A DNA stretch of 64,000 nucleotides. It comes from Dehalococcoidia bacterium. GTDB lineage: Bacteria; Chloroflexota; Dehalococcoidia; Lucifugimonadales; JAGWBF01. The position numbers and the translations under genes are program-made. Below, piece after piece: positions 20,590-30,107 of the stretch (within the stretch, counting starts at the first letter, position 1; every line of letters starts with the position of its first letter). The stretch covers positions 185,055-249,054 of the forward strand of contig CBDBNM010000002.1 of the NCBI GenBank assembly GCA_965207935.1, read 5' to 3'. Under the pieces are notes generated by a model. It was not told the DNA's origin, ran no database searches, and worked only from the letters and a program-made list of their open reading frames with translations.

Positions 20590-21378
20590 ATGTCCACTAG
20601 ACTACAAGACCCCACTATGTCCAAAGCAGGCTGGACGTCGATTGCAACCGAGTCGCCTGTAATAGAAAAGGCCGGTCTGGTGCAGGTCATCGGCAGGGGC
20701 ACAAAAGTCAAGTTCGTGCTGGACCCGTTCGCGCCCGCCGAGTTGCTGGAATCAGAGCTACGAACCTTTCTGGGCAGCACCCATGGATGGTTCGCGGGAG
20801 GGGAGGTTGTGGTAGATGCCGGTGTCAGGGTGCTGAATGTCAACGAGCTCCAGCGTTTACGAACAATCTTCGAGGATGAGTACAAGGTCAACGTCGCCAC
20901 TTTTGAGTGTCCCATCGACGTACTCCAGGACACTATACGCGATGTGCACAACTTGCCCGTCTCCCTCGTATCCGACGAAAGACTGGAAGCCAAGCCCCCA
21001 CCGGCACCCCCGAGCGATACCTTGTTCGTGAAGTCCAACTGCCGGTCGGGAAGGGTTGTGAAACATCCCGGCGATGTTGTGATCTTTGGCGATGTGAACC
21101 CCGGTGGGAAGGTTATAGCCGATGGCGATGTTGTGGTGCTCGGCGCCCTGAGGGGTACGGCGCAGGCGGGGGCAAACGATACCGAAGACAGCGAGGCCAG
21201 CATCCTTGCCCTGAATATGGGAGCGGCCCGGCTGCAAATTGGGACCAGGCTCTACCAGCACATGCCTGGTAAGACAAAGAAGGGAGAAGTCCCGCTCCCT
21301 GTGATCGCTCGCGTTCGGAGGGGAGGTGTTGAAGTGATGCCTTTTGCGGGTAGTTTTCATAGAAGAAAGGAAAGGTAG
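20590..21378 (+). CDS. minC: Septum site-determining protein MinC
   Basis: RSG, GDVVIFGDVNPGG.VIADGDVVVLGALRG.A.AG; precedes minDE. Confidence 0.9.
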   Translation: MSTRLQDPTMSKAGWTSIATESPVIEKAGLVQVIGRGTKVKFVLDPFAPAELLESELRTFLGSTHGWFAGGEVVVDAGVRVLNVNELQRLRTIFEDEYKVNVATFECPIDVLQDTIRDVHNLPVSLVSDERLEAKPPPAPPSDTLFVKSNCRSGRVVKHPGDVVIFGDVNPGGKVIADGDVVVLGALRGTAQAGANDTEDSEASILALNMGAARLQIGTRLYQHMPGKTKKGEVPLPVIARVRRGGVEVMPFAGSFHRRKER

Positions 21379-21383
21379 CCCCT

Positions 21384-22199
21384 ATGGCAGGAAAGACGTA
21401 TGTGATCACCTCGGGCAAAGGAGGCGTTGGTAAGACCACCACTACGGCCAACCTTGGCGCAGGGCTCGCCCTCCGCGGCCACAAGGTGGCGGTGGTGGAC
21501 ACCGACATTGGCCTTCGAAATCTCGATGTGGTGATGGGACTGGAGAACCGTATCGTTTATGACCTCGTGGATGTGGTAGAAGGCCGCTGCCGGCTGCCAC
21601 AGGCCATGATAAGGGACAAGTACGTCAAGGACCTTTGTCTCATCCCGGCGGCCCAGACCAGGGACAAGTCGGCTCTCAAGCCGGAACAGATGAAGGAGCT
21701 TTGCGACCAGCTGCGGGAGGAGTTCGACTACATCCTCATCGACTGCCCGGCGGGAATCGAGCAGGGCTTCCAGAACGCCATCGCAGCAGCCGACAACGCC
21801 ATCGTCGTGACCACTCCCGAGGTCTCAGCAATTCGCGATGCAGACAGGGTCATCGGACTTCTCGAGGCCGCCGAGATTCCTACACCCAGCCTGGTGATAA
21901 ACAAGCTCAAGCCAGGCATGATCAAGCAAGGGGACATGATGGCCCAGGGCGATATCCTGGACCTGCTATCGGTTACTATGCTCGGGCTGGTGCCTGACGA
22001 TGAGCAGATCATCGTTTCGACCAACAAGGGCCAGCCCACCGTGCACGACCCCAATTCGTGGGCCGGGGAAGCCTACCGACGCATCGCCGCCCGCATGGAT
22101 GGCGTAGACACCCCTTACCTGGATGTCGACAGCGCCCCCGGTTTCTTCTCCAAGTTCAAGAAGATGTTCGCACGGCCCACTAAGGAGCTCGGTCGATGA
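21384..22199 (+). CDS. minD: Septum site-determining ATPase MinD
   Basis: SGKGGVGKTT, DIGLRNLDVVMGLENRIVYD, amphipathic C-terminus GFFSKFKKMF. Confidence 0.97.
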   Translation: MAGKTYVITSGKGGVGKTTTTANLGAGLALRGHKVAVVDTDIGLRNLDVVMGLENRIVYDLVDVVEGRCRLPQAMIRDKYVKDLCLIPAAQTRDKSALKPEQMKELCDQLREEFDYILIDCPAGIEQGFQNAIAAADNAIVVTTPEVSAIRDADRVIGLLEAAEIPTPSLVINKLKPGMIKQGDMMAQGDILDLLSVTMLGLVPDDEQIIVSTNKGQPTVHDPNSWAGEAYRRIAARMDGVDTPYLDVDSAPGFFSKFKKMFARPTKELGR

Positions 22200-22471
22200 T
22201 CGATCTCATCAGGTGGGCGCTCCAACGGCCTGCGCCCAGCGGTGAAACAGCGAGACAGCGCCTTCGATTGATCCTGGTGATGGACCGGGGTGGTCTTCCT
22301 GAAGAATGCATGGAAGCCCTCAAAAGAGATATCATTGACGCCGTATCCAAGTATATGATCGTGGACGAAGATTCCGTGCAGATGGATATGCGCCGCTCCA
22401 ATGATTCCCTGGAGCTCGTCTCCAACATCCAGGTGAGAGAGATCCTCAAAGAAACTGCCGGAAGCCGGTAA
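22196..22471 (+). CDS. minE: Cell division topological specificity factor MinE
   Basis: SGETARQRLRLILVMDR, LKRDIIDAVSKY, LVSNI. Confidence 0.9.
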   Translation: MIDLIRWALQRPAPSGETARQRLRLILVMDRGGLPEECMEALKRDIIDAVSKYMIVDEDSVQMDMRRSNDSLELVSNIQVREILKETAGSR

Positions 22472-22527
22472 GCAAGCTCCCCGAGGACGGGTAGGCCAGC
22501 CGGTCAAGCTCCACACCAGGGGGAACT

Positions 22528-24105
22528 ATGCTTCAACTGCTGATCTCCGGTGGAATGATCGTGGATGGCGCCGGAAACCCCGGTTTCTTCGGCGCCGTCG
22601 GTGTGGAAGGCGAAACGGTCCACATCTTTCGCGGCGATGTATCTTCCCTGGAAACTGAGGCCACCATTGACGCCACCGGCAAGGTCGTCTGCCCCGGTTT
22701 CATAGACATGCACGCCCACTCGGGCCTCGTCCTCCTGGCCGAGCCGGAGCACCATCCCAAGGTGCGCCAGGGGATCACCACCGAGCTCATCGGCGTGGAT
22801 GGCAACTCCTATGCCCCCTTCCTGGACCGCGCCGACCTTCGGAAGTTCATCGAGCTGAACTCGGGGCTGGACGGCGCCCCCGACCTGGCCCAGGAATGGT
22901 CAACGGTGGCCGAGTACCTGTCCTTGTTCGATCGCAGAGCGTCGGTGAACGTAGCCTACATCATTGGCAACTCCCCCCTGCGCATCTGCGCCGTCGGATG
23001 GCGGGACGAGACCGCGACCGGCTCTCAGATGGAGAACATGCGCGCCCTCCTTAGAGAAGGCATGGAAGAGGGCGCCTTCGGCATCTCCACGGGCTTGGAC
23101 TACCCGCCCGGAAGCTATGCCGACACTCAGGAGTTGGTGCAGCTATCCAGGGAAGCAAACCGGCTGGGCGGGATCTACCACACCCATGTGCGCAACTCCC
23201 TGGGAGACCGGTTCCTCGACCCCTTCAAGGAAGCCATCGACATAGGCCGTCAGAGCGAAATCCCCTGCCACCTGACCCATCTTTATCAGAGGATTACCGC
23301 ACCCGGTGGGGCCAGGAAAATCCTGGGGTTGGTGGAGGATGGCCGGGAAGAGGGCCTGGACGTCACCTTTGACAGCTACCCCTACATATACAGCAGCACC
23401 CGCCTGCTCATCATATTTCCCCAGTGGGCCCAGGACGGAGGCCCCGAGCCTCTGAAGGAGATCATGCGCTCCAAGGAGGGCCGGGAGCGACTGCGCCGGG
23501 AGATCAGCCCCCGAGGGCCATCCTGGGAAGATATGTGGCTGACCTACTTCAAGCACCCCCACAACCACCGGTTCGAGGGTCGCTCCATCGCCGAAATTGC
23601 GGAGATGACCGGCAAGGACGAGGTTGATGCCGTCTGCGACCTGCTCCTGGAGGAAGACCTGCAGACTTCCTACGTCACCATCGGCCCCAACGGGCATACC
23701 CTTCCCGACTTCGTCACCCATCCCTTTTCTATGGTGGGAAGCGATGCGGTCCTGCTCGGGGACTTCCCCAGCCCCAGGACCTACGGCACCTTTCCGGTGA
23801 TCCTTTCGGAATTGGTGCGGGAGGAGAAGGCCATGACCCTGGAATACGCCATTCGCAAGATGACCTCCTTCCCCGCCCAGAGACTGGGGCTTCCGGACCG
23901 GGGCCTCCTGAGGGATGGCATGAAGGCGGACATCGTCGTGTTCGATCCCAACACGGTCAAGGCTCCGGCCACCCGGCGCCAGCCCAAGCAGTTCCCTATA
24001 GGGATCGACTACGTCATCGTCAATGGGCAGGTTGTCATCGAGCAGGGTCGCCACACGGGGACGCTGGCGGGCCGGGCGCTCCGCCGGGGCAGGCCGAGCA
24101 CCTAA
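22528..24105 (+). CDS. N-acyl-D-amino-acid deacylase family amidohydrolase
   Basis: PGFIDMHAHS, GISTGLDYPPG, YHTHVR, GSD..PRTYGTFP, GMKADIVVFDP. Confidence 0.9.
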   Translation: MLQLLISGGMIVDGAGNPGFFGAVGVEGETVHIFRGDVSSLETEATIDATGKVVCPGFIDMHAHSGLVLLAEPEHHPKVRQGITTELIGVDGNSYAPFLDRADLRKFIELNSGLDGAPDLAQEWSTVAEYLSLFDRRASVNVAYIIGNSPLRICAVGWRDETATGSQMENMRALLREGMEEGAFGISTGLDYPPGSYADTQELVQLSREANRLGGIYHTHVRNSLGDRFLDPFKEAIDIGRQSEIPCHLTHLYQRITAPGGARKILGLVEDGREEGLDVTFDSYPYIYSSTRLLIIFPQWAQDGGPEPLKEIMRSKEGRERLRREISPRGPSWEDMWLTYFKHPHNHRFEGRSIAEIAEMTGKDEVDAVCDLLLEEDLQTSYVTIGPNGHTLPDFVTHPFSMVGSDAVLLGDFPSPRTYGTFPVILSELVREEKAMTLEYAIRKMTSFPAQRLGLPDRGLLRDGMKADIVVFDPNTVKAPATRRQPKQFPIGIDYVIVNGQVVIEQGRHTGTLAGRALRRGRPST

Positions 24106-24108
24106 GTC

Positions 24109-25065
24109 CTAAACAGCTTCCAGCACCCGCACCGGCTCGCCTGCAAGGAAGGCTTGGATATCCTCCACCGCCTGCCCGAAGTAGTTCAGGTAGGTCTCCT
24201 TGGTTACGTAACCCAGGTGGGGTGTGATCACCGTGTTCTCCATGCGGCGCAGGGGATGGTCCACTGGGAGGGGCTCTTCATCGAAAACGTCCATCGCAGC
24301 CCCGGCAATGGCCCGCCTCTCCAGCACATCTATCAGGGCGGCTTCATCGACGATAGGCCCCCTGGATGTGTTCACGAGGTGGGCTGTCGGCTTGAGCAGC
24401 GCCAACTCCTTGGCGCCCAGCAGCCCCCTGGTGCGCTGGCTGAGGATCAGGTGGATGGTCACGATATCTGAGGTTCTGAGCAGATCTTCCTTGGACACCA
24501 GGGTTGCGCCGAACTGGGCTGCCCTCTCCTCGGTCAGGTTCTGGCTCCAGGCGACGACATTCATACCGAAGGCGTTTCCAACCGTCGCTACCTGGGATCC
24601 CAGATTTCCAAGGCCCAGCACCCCCAGGGTCTTGAACTTCAGCCCTTCCCCTACGCTTACCTGCCAGTTGCCTTGACGCGTCGCCGTATCTTCGGTGGGG
24701 ATGCGGCGCACCAAACTTAGGATAAGGCCCCACGTAAGCTCAGCGGTGGAGTAGCTTCCCCCGGACGTACCGCACACTACTATGCCTAGCTCGGCAGCGG
24801 CGCCCATATCGATGGAGCGATTGCGCATGCCGGTAGTCACCAAGAGCTTCAGATTGGGCAGGCGGCTCAAGATTTCCCTGGGGAAAGGGGTGCGCTCCCG
24901 CATGGCAACGACTATGTCGAACTCCTTCAGCCGGTTGACCACCGCATCGGGGTCCGAAAGGTGGTCCTTGAACACCTGGACATCGTTTTCCTGGGAGATG
25001 ATGCTCCAGTCGGCCATCTCCAGGGCCACCTCCTGGTAATCGTCCAGCACACCTATTCTCGCCAT
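24109..25065 (-). CDS. D-2-hydroxyacid dehydrogenase family protein
   Basis: VLDDYQ, MRERTPF, GLGNLG, NTSRG, TPHLGYV. Confidence 0.92.
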   Translation of the reverse strand: MARIGVLDDYQEVALEMADWSIISQENDVQVFKDHLSDPDAVVNRLKEFDIVVAMRERTPFPREILSRLPNLKLLVTTGMRNRSIDMGAAAELGIVVCGTSGGSYSTAELTWGLILSLVRRIPTEDTATRQGNWQVSVGEGLKFKTLGVLGLGNLGSQVATVGNAFGMNVVAWSQNLTEERAAQFGATLVSKEDLLRTSDIVTIHLILSQRTRGLLGAKELALLKPTAHLVNTSRGPIVDEAALIDVLERRAIAGAAMDVFDEEPLPVDHPLRRMENTVITPHLGYVTKETYLNYFGQAVEDIQAFLAGEPVRVLEAV

Positions 25066-25102
25066 GACACACCCCTTTTGTTCATGTGGTAAGGCGGCAC
25101 AC

Positions 25103-25963
25103 CTACGCCAGGTATTCATCCTGCCAGCGTTGGTAGTCCCCTTGAGCTTGGGAGATTTCGAGGAGATCCCGGGATGCCACCCTGTCAGCCAGCGCAGCGG
25201 GTGCTCCGCCATCTCGCAAGTGCTTCAGGGCATCGTAGGCGGCCTTCACCGACGCGTAGAAGGGGTGATGTCCCTGTAACGCCACCCTGACACCCACGGA
25301 AGCAAGCTGTTTGGCATCGGCCAAGTCCGCCGGGGCGCCGCCGATGATCAGGGGCAGAGTGGTCGCTTGGTGCACCGCCTCCAGCTGGTCAAGGGCGGTC
25401 ACCCCCGTCAGGAACAGGGCGTCCACCTCAACCTCCTGGATTCTCGCGGCCCGGGCACAAGCTTCGGACACGCCACCATAACGCAGGGCGCCGGTGCGTC
25501 CGACGATCACCAGTGAAGGGTCTCGGCGGGCCTCCAGCCCGGCCTTCAGCTTTCCCACCAGCTCATCGGCGCTGATAAGCTCATCCTCGGTCGCGCCGAA
25601 CGGCCTTGGAAGAAGGGTGTCCTCTATGGTAAGCCCCGACGCCCCAGCGATCTCCAGCTCCTCGACGGTGCGCATTACGCTCAGGGCATTCCCGAAGCCA
25701 TGGTCGGCATCCACCAGGATGCTCAGGTTCCCCGCCCTGGAGATGCGCTTGACCTGCTCGGCCAGCTCAGAAAGGGTGAGCACCACAAGGTCCGGGGCAC
25801 CAAGCACCGTTGCTGAAGCTATGGACCCGGCGAACATCCCGATGGTGAAACCCAGGGACTCAGCCATCCTGGCCGACATAGGATCATAAACGGAACCGGG
25901 GTGCACACACTCCGTACCCGCCAGAATCTCCCTGAACCGGTTCCTGCGCTCAGACAACAACAT
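25103..25963 (-). CDS. ICL/PEP mutase family enzyme, oxaloacetate decarboxylase-like
   Basis: PGSVYDPMSAR, VDADHGFGNALSV.RTV.ELE, TIEDTLLP (lacks the KRCGH loop of lyases). Confidence 0.85.
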   Translation of the reverse strand: MLLSERRNRFREILAGTECVHPGSVYDPMSARMAESLGFTIGMFAGSIASATVLGAPDLVVLTLSELAEQVKRISRAGNLSILVDADHGFGNALSVMRTVEELEIAGASGLTIEDTLLPRPFGATEDELISADELVGKLKAGLEARRDPSLVIVGRTGALRYGGVSEACARAARIQEVEVDALFLTGVTALDQLEAVHQATTLPLIIGGAPADLADAKQLASVGVRVALQGHHPFYASVKAAYDALKHLRDGGAPAALADRVASRDLLEISQAQGDYQRWQDEYLA

Positions 25964-26113
25964 GGGTGCCCTCTCCTTTCCTCGTTCCCCGGGAATCCAC
26001 AGCAATGGTTATAGTAGCTCGCCTGTGGAAATTCAACCCGCCTGCTGGTACCATGAGCGCGGTTGAGACAATACGGCCCCGGTATCCCACGCCGCATCTT
26101 TGGAGCTGCCGAA

Positions 26114-26503
26114 ATGACCGACCGCCAGCACTTCAAGCCCGATACCCTGCCTCCCACCGCCGGTTTCTCCCAGGTGGTCAAGGTCGGCAACACGGTCTAC
26201 ATCGCCGGGCAGGTGGCGCTGACGCCAGACCGGGTTCTGGTTGGGGAGGGTGACCCCGAAGCCCAGGTGAGGCAGACATGGCGGAACATCCAGTCGGCGG
26301 TGGAGTCGGTGGGAGGCACCCTGGAGAACGTGGTCAAGACCACGACGTTCGTTACCAGCATGGAGTGCATCTCGGCAACCCGCAAGGTGCGGGCCGAGCT
26401 GTTCCCCGACGGGAACGCACCTCCAGGCACCATCGTGGAGATAAACAGGCTGTCCCTCCCCGAAGCCATGGTCGAGATTGAGGCGATAGCTGTACTGGAC
26501 TAG
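26114..26503 (+). CDS. RidA/Rid family protein
   Basis: FSQVVKVGNTVYIAGQVA, MVEIEAIAV. Confidence 0.9.
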   Translation: MTDRQHFKPDTLPPTAGFSQVVKVGNTVYIAGQVALTPDRVLVGEGDPEAQVRQTWRNIQSAVESVGGTLENVVKTTTFVTSMECISATRKVRAELFPDGNAPPGTIVEINRLSLPEAMVEIEAIAVLD

Positions 26504-26591
26504 AGTCCTAGGCCCTACGCAAGACCCTTGCGTAGAGAGATCCGCAAACGGCAGCCAACAGACTGTTAAACGACAGAAAGGAGCAAGACAG

Positions 26592-26891
26592 ATGGTTTCC
26601 CAACTGAGGACATACACGATAAACCGGGGAATGATGGACCAATGGGTAAGCTTGTTCAACCAAACCCTCATGCCGATCTACACCAAGGTAGGGATCGTGG
26701 TGGAAGGCGCCTGGGTCAACGAAGACAAGAACCAGTTCATCTGGATTCGCAGCTTCAATGATGCCGCCGACCTGGAAGCTAAGGAGGCCGCCTTCTACGG
26801 CTCCGACGAGTGGAAGGCCAACGTTGACCATATCCGAAGCCACCTCGCGCGGGTCGAGGTCCAGGTGATCAACCACGTGCTGGACGCCTAA
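26592..26891 (+). CDS. NIPSNAP family protein
   Basis: QLRTYTI..G.M..W, FIWIRSF, AFYGSDEW; AAAGGAG RBS. Confidence 0.85.
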   Translation: MVSQLRTYTINRGMMDQWVSLFNQTLMPIYTKVGIVVEGAWVNEDKNQFIWIRSFNDAADLEAKEAAFYGSDEWKANVDHIRSHLARVEVQVINHVLDA

Positions 26892-26898
26892 GCTACTC

Positions 26899-27786
26899 AT
26901 GCAGGAAGGTAACCCCCACCTGCGCCTGCTGGCCTGCTTTGCCCATCCCGACGACGAGGCTTTCCCCGTCGGAGGCACGCTGGCCACCTATGCCTCTAAG
27001 GGGGTCCAGGTCCGCCTCATCTGCGCGACCCTGGGCGAGGAGGGCGAGATTCGTCAGCCGGACAGCGCAACCAGAGAGACCCTGCCCCAGGTGCGCCTAG
27101 AGGAGCTTCGGAGCTCCTGCCGAAGCTTGGGCATCGAGCAGCCCCTGGTGCTGGGCTACAGGGACTCGGGGATGGACGGCGACAGCGCCAACGACCACCC
27201 CAGCGCTTTCGTGCAGGCAGATGCGGATGAAGTCGTCGCCTTCATCGAGGAGCAGATGCTGAGCTACCGGCCGCAGGTCGTGCTGACTTTCGGGCCCGAC
27301 GGCCTTTACGGTCATCCCGACCACATCGCCATTCACCGGCACACCACCGATGCCTTTCACAGGGCGCGGATCTCACCCCTTTTCGATGAGCAGGCCTCAA
27401 ACGGCAATGACTCCGGCTGCCTCAGCAGGCTGTTCTACAGCGTTCGCCCCAAGGGGTTCAGGACCATGATGACCATGAAGCTGCGCGAGGCTGGAATCGA
27501 TGCGCCGATGCCTCCACCGGAACGACTTGACGATGGAGTGGACCAGGAGCTTATTAATCTGGAGATGGACATCTCTGAGATGATCGAGCGGAAGATCGCT
27601 TCCCAGCTATCCCATCGCACCCAGCAGAGCCCCCAGCGACCCTACCACAAGCTCCCCCGGGAGATCGCCTGCGATATTCTCGGTACGGAGCATTTCACCC
27701 AGGGATATCCCGAAGCGGCCCCGGGCGAGGCAGTGCCCCAGGATATGTTCGAGGGCCTCTGGGCGACCGCCCCTTCCAGGCCCTAA
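26899..27786 (+). CDS. PIG-L family deacetylase (MshB/Mca/BshB-like)
   Basis: FAHPDDE, ATLGEEGE, LGYRDSGM, GLYGHPDH, SHRTQ. Confidence 0.9.
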   Translation: MQEGNPHLRLLACFAHPDDEAFPVGGTLATYASKGVQVRLICATLGEEGEIRQPDSATRETLPQVRLEELRSSCRSLGIEQPLVLGYRDSGMDGDSANDHPSAFVQADADEVVAFIEEQMLSYRPQVVLTFGPDGLYGHPDHIAIHRHTTDAFHRARISPLFDEQASNGNDSGCLSRLFYSVRPKGFRTMMTMKLREAGIDAPMPPPERLDDGVDQELINLEMDISEMIERKIASQLSHRTQQSPQRPYHKLPREIACDILGTEHFTQGYPEAAPGEAVPQDMFEGLWATAPSRP

Positions 27787-27810
27787 GTCCTACCAAAGAG
27801 AGGAACAGAT

Positions 27811-28392
27811 ATGGTAAGCCCAACCGATCCCAACCAGGTACTTCTCACCGGCGAAAACTCCTTCATGCGACTCAGCCATGAAGACGGCGGTCCGCTGACC
27901 GTCCGGGCCAGCCACTGGCGTGTCCTGCTCTCCCCCGGCGGCCCCGGCCACGTTCTGTTCCTGAGCGGTGAAGTCACCGACGACGAGGTGCAGATCTACA
28001 CCGACAACGTGGCCATGACCCGGTGGCTCCAGGGCGAGATCCAGGGCCTTCTCACCCCCGAGTTCGGCGACCAGGACACCCCTGTTATCGATGCCGAGTT
28101 CGAACGCCTCGGCGATGTTCGCTCCTTCTCGACCGAGGCGGTGGTCTCCAGAGATGCGGACATCTCCATGACCTGGTACGACTTTGCCGAGCCCTTTGTG
28201 ATCCGGGCCGCCCCCGGCAGCACACCGGGCAGACCCCACGGCGTGTACAGCGTCTTCATCCCGGCCCGGAGGGCTTCCCTGACATTCAATGGCGAGAACT
28301 GCGCCGGCAGGCCATTCCCCGCCGATCGGGACGGGCACGAGAGCAGCACCGCCTGCCTCGCCTGGTCGGAGACCTGGGTCAAGCCCCGTTAG
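27811..28392 (+). CDS. Hypothetical cytoplasmic protein
   Basis: AGAGGA RBS, coding-like composition, tight packing; family not recognised. Confidence 0.7.
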   Translation: MVSPTDPNQVLLTGENSFMRLSHEDGGPLTVRASHWRVLLSPGGPGHVLFLSGEVTDDEVQIYTDNVAMTRWLQGEIQGLLTPEFGDQDTPVIDAEFERLGDVRSFSTEAVVSRDADISMTWYDFAEPFVIRAAPGSTPGRPHGVYSVFIPARRASLTFNGENCAGRPFPADRDGHESSTACLAWSETWVKPR

Positions 28393-28424
28393 CCGGCCCA
28401 AGTCCTCGGATAAAGTGAACGGCC

Positions 28425-30092
28425 TTGAATAGCCTGATAGCCCCCAAGGACCCCCAGCGCAACCCCTGGGCGATGACCTTGGAGGAGGTGCTGTACCTCG
28501 CCGCCGAACGCAACCCGGACAAGGTCTATCTTTATCACGGCGATCACCAGGTTACTTACAGGCAGCTACTGGATTCCTCCCTGCAAGCTGCATCGGCCTT
28601 CCGCATCCTTGGTGTTGGCCACGGGGACAGGGTCGGGGTCTATCTTCCCAACTGCCGGGAATACCTGTTCTCCTGGATGGGCCTGTCCTTGCTGGGCGCC
28701 ATCTGCGTCCCCATCAACACCGCCTATCGCAGGGACGAGATGGCCTACATTCTCAACAACGCCGAGGCCAAGGGCATTATCTGCCACCCCCCACTGGTAG
28801 ATGTCGTTGACGAAGCTTCGTCCTTATGCCCATCCCTTCAGTTCCGTATGGTGGTCGGTGAGGATGATGCACTCCCGTCAGGGTACGTCGGGTTCCAAGA
28901 GGCGCTGAAAGGGGCTGCCCCTCTGATGCACGAGGACCTGCCCGCCGTCGCTCCGTCGGACTTGTCCATGCTGGTGTACACATCCGGAACTACCGGAAGG
29001 CCCAAGGGCGTGATGATCAGCCACGAGATGTACGTGGCGGCAGGACAGGGTTTCGCTGTGTGGACCCAGGCCACGGAGCACGACCGCTTCTTCACCTGCC
29101 TGCCCTATTTCCACGCCAACGCCCAGTACTACTCCACCATGGGGTCCCTGGCGGCCGGGGCCAGCCTCGTGCTGGAGGAGCGGTTCAGCGCATCCAACTT
29201 CTGGCATCAGATCCGCAGGTCCGACGCCACCGTGGTCAACTTCATCGGCATGATGATGTCGGTCCTGCTGAAACAGCCCCCCACCCCAGAGGACCGCACC
29301 AACTCCGTGCGCCTCTTCTACGGCTCCCCGGCCATGGACGTAGACCTGCTGAAGGAGTTCGAGGAACGATTCGGCGCGCGGGTGATTATCGGCTTCGGGA
29401 TGACTGAGACCTGCTACGGCACTGTCGAGGGCCCAGCGTCCCCCCATCGCCCAGGCTCCTCGGGCAGGCTGCGCTGGCACCCCGACTCCCGTTTCGAGAA
29501 CCGCATGTGCATTCTGGGTGCCGACGGCACTTCCCTGGGCGAAGGCCAGGTGGGAGAGATTTTGCTTCGCAATCCCGCCGTAACCCCCGGCTACTGGCGG
29601 GACGAGCCGCGAACAACCGAAGCCCTACAGGGAGGCTGGCTGCACACCGGGGACCTGGGCTGGGTGGACGACGACGGCTACTTATATTTCGTGGACCGCA
29701 AGAAGGACGTGGTGAGGCGCCGGGGAGAGAACATCTCTTCCCAGGAAGTCGAAGATGTCATCAAAGCCCATCCGGGTGTGCTGGACTGCGCCGTGATTGC
29801 GGTTCCCTCGGATTTGGGAGAGGAAGAGGTGAAGGCCTACGTGGTGCCCCAGCCCGCCGGCGGCGAGGAATCCGGTGATCAGCAGGAGCTGGACCCGGCC
29901 GACATCATCTACTGGTGCGCTGAGCGTCTAGCCTACTTCAAGGTGCCCCGCTACGTGGAGATACGGCAGGACCTGCCCAGGACTCCCAGCTTTCGGGTGC
30001 GGAAGGACGTCCTCAGGGACGAGCGAGAGGACCTCACCAAAGGCTGCTTCGACAGGGAAGCGGCCGGCATAGTCATCCGGCGGCCATCCTAG
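28425..30092 (+). CDS. ATP-dependent acyl-CoA ligase, CaiC-like
   Basis: YTSGTTGRPKGV, FHANAQ, FGMTET, HTGDLG, RRRGENISS.EVE. Confidence 0.9.
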   Translation: MNSLIAPKDPQRNPWAMTLEEVLYLAAERNPDKVYLYHGDHQVTYRQLLDSSLQAASAFRILGVGHGDRVGVYLPNCREYLFSWMGLSLLGAICVPINTAYRRDEMAYILNNAEAKGIICHPPLVDVVDEASSLCPSLQFRMVVGEDDALPSGYVGFQEALKGAAPLMHEDLPAVAPSDLSMLVYTSGTTGRPKGVMISHEMYVAAGQGFAVWTQATEHDRFFTCLPYFHANAQYYSTMGSLAAGASLVLEERFSASNFWHQIRRSDATVVNFIGMMMSVLLKQPPTPEDRTNSVRLFYGSPAMDVDLLKEFEERFGARVIIGFGMTETCYGTVEGPASPHRPGSSGRLRWHPDSRFENRMCILGADGTSLGEGQVGEILLRNPAVTPGYWRDEPRTTEALQGGWLHTGDLGWVDDDGYLYFVDRKKDVVRRRGENISSQEVEDVIKAHPGVLDCAVIAVPSDLGEEEVKAYVVPQPAGGEESGDQQELDPADIIYWCAERLAYFKVPRYVEIRQDLPRTPSFRVRKDVLRDEREDLTKGCFDREAAGIVIRRPS

Positions 30093-30107
30093 CAGCGTCC
30101 CCCGTAG

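Noticed and set aside
26514-26534. Hairpin CTACGCAA-GACCC-TTGCGTAG as a terminator
   Set aside because: No U-tract on either strand and it lies inside a co-directional cluster; function unsupported.
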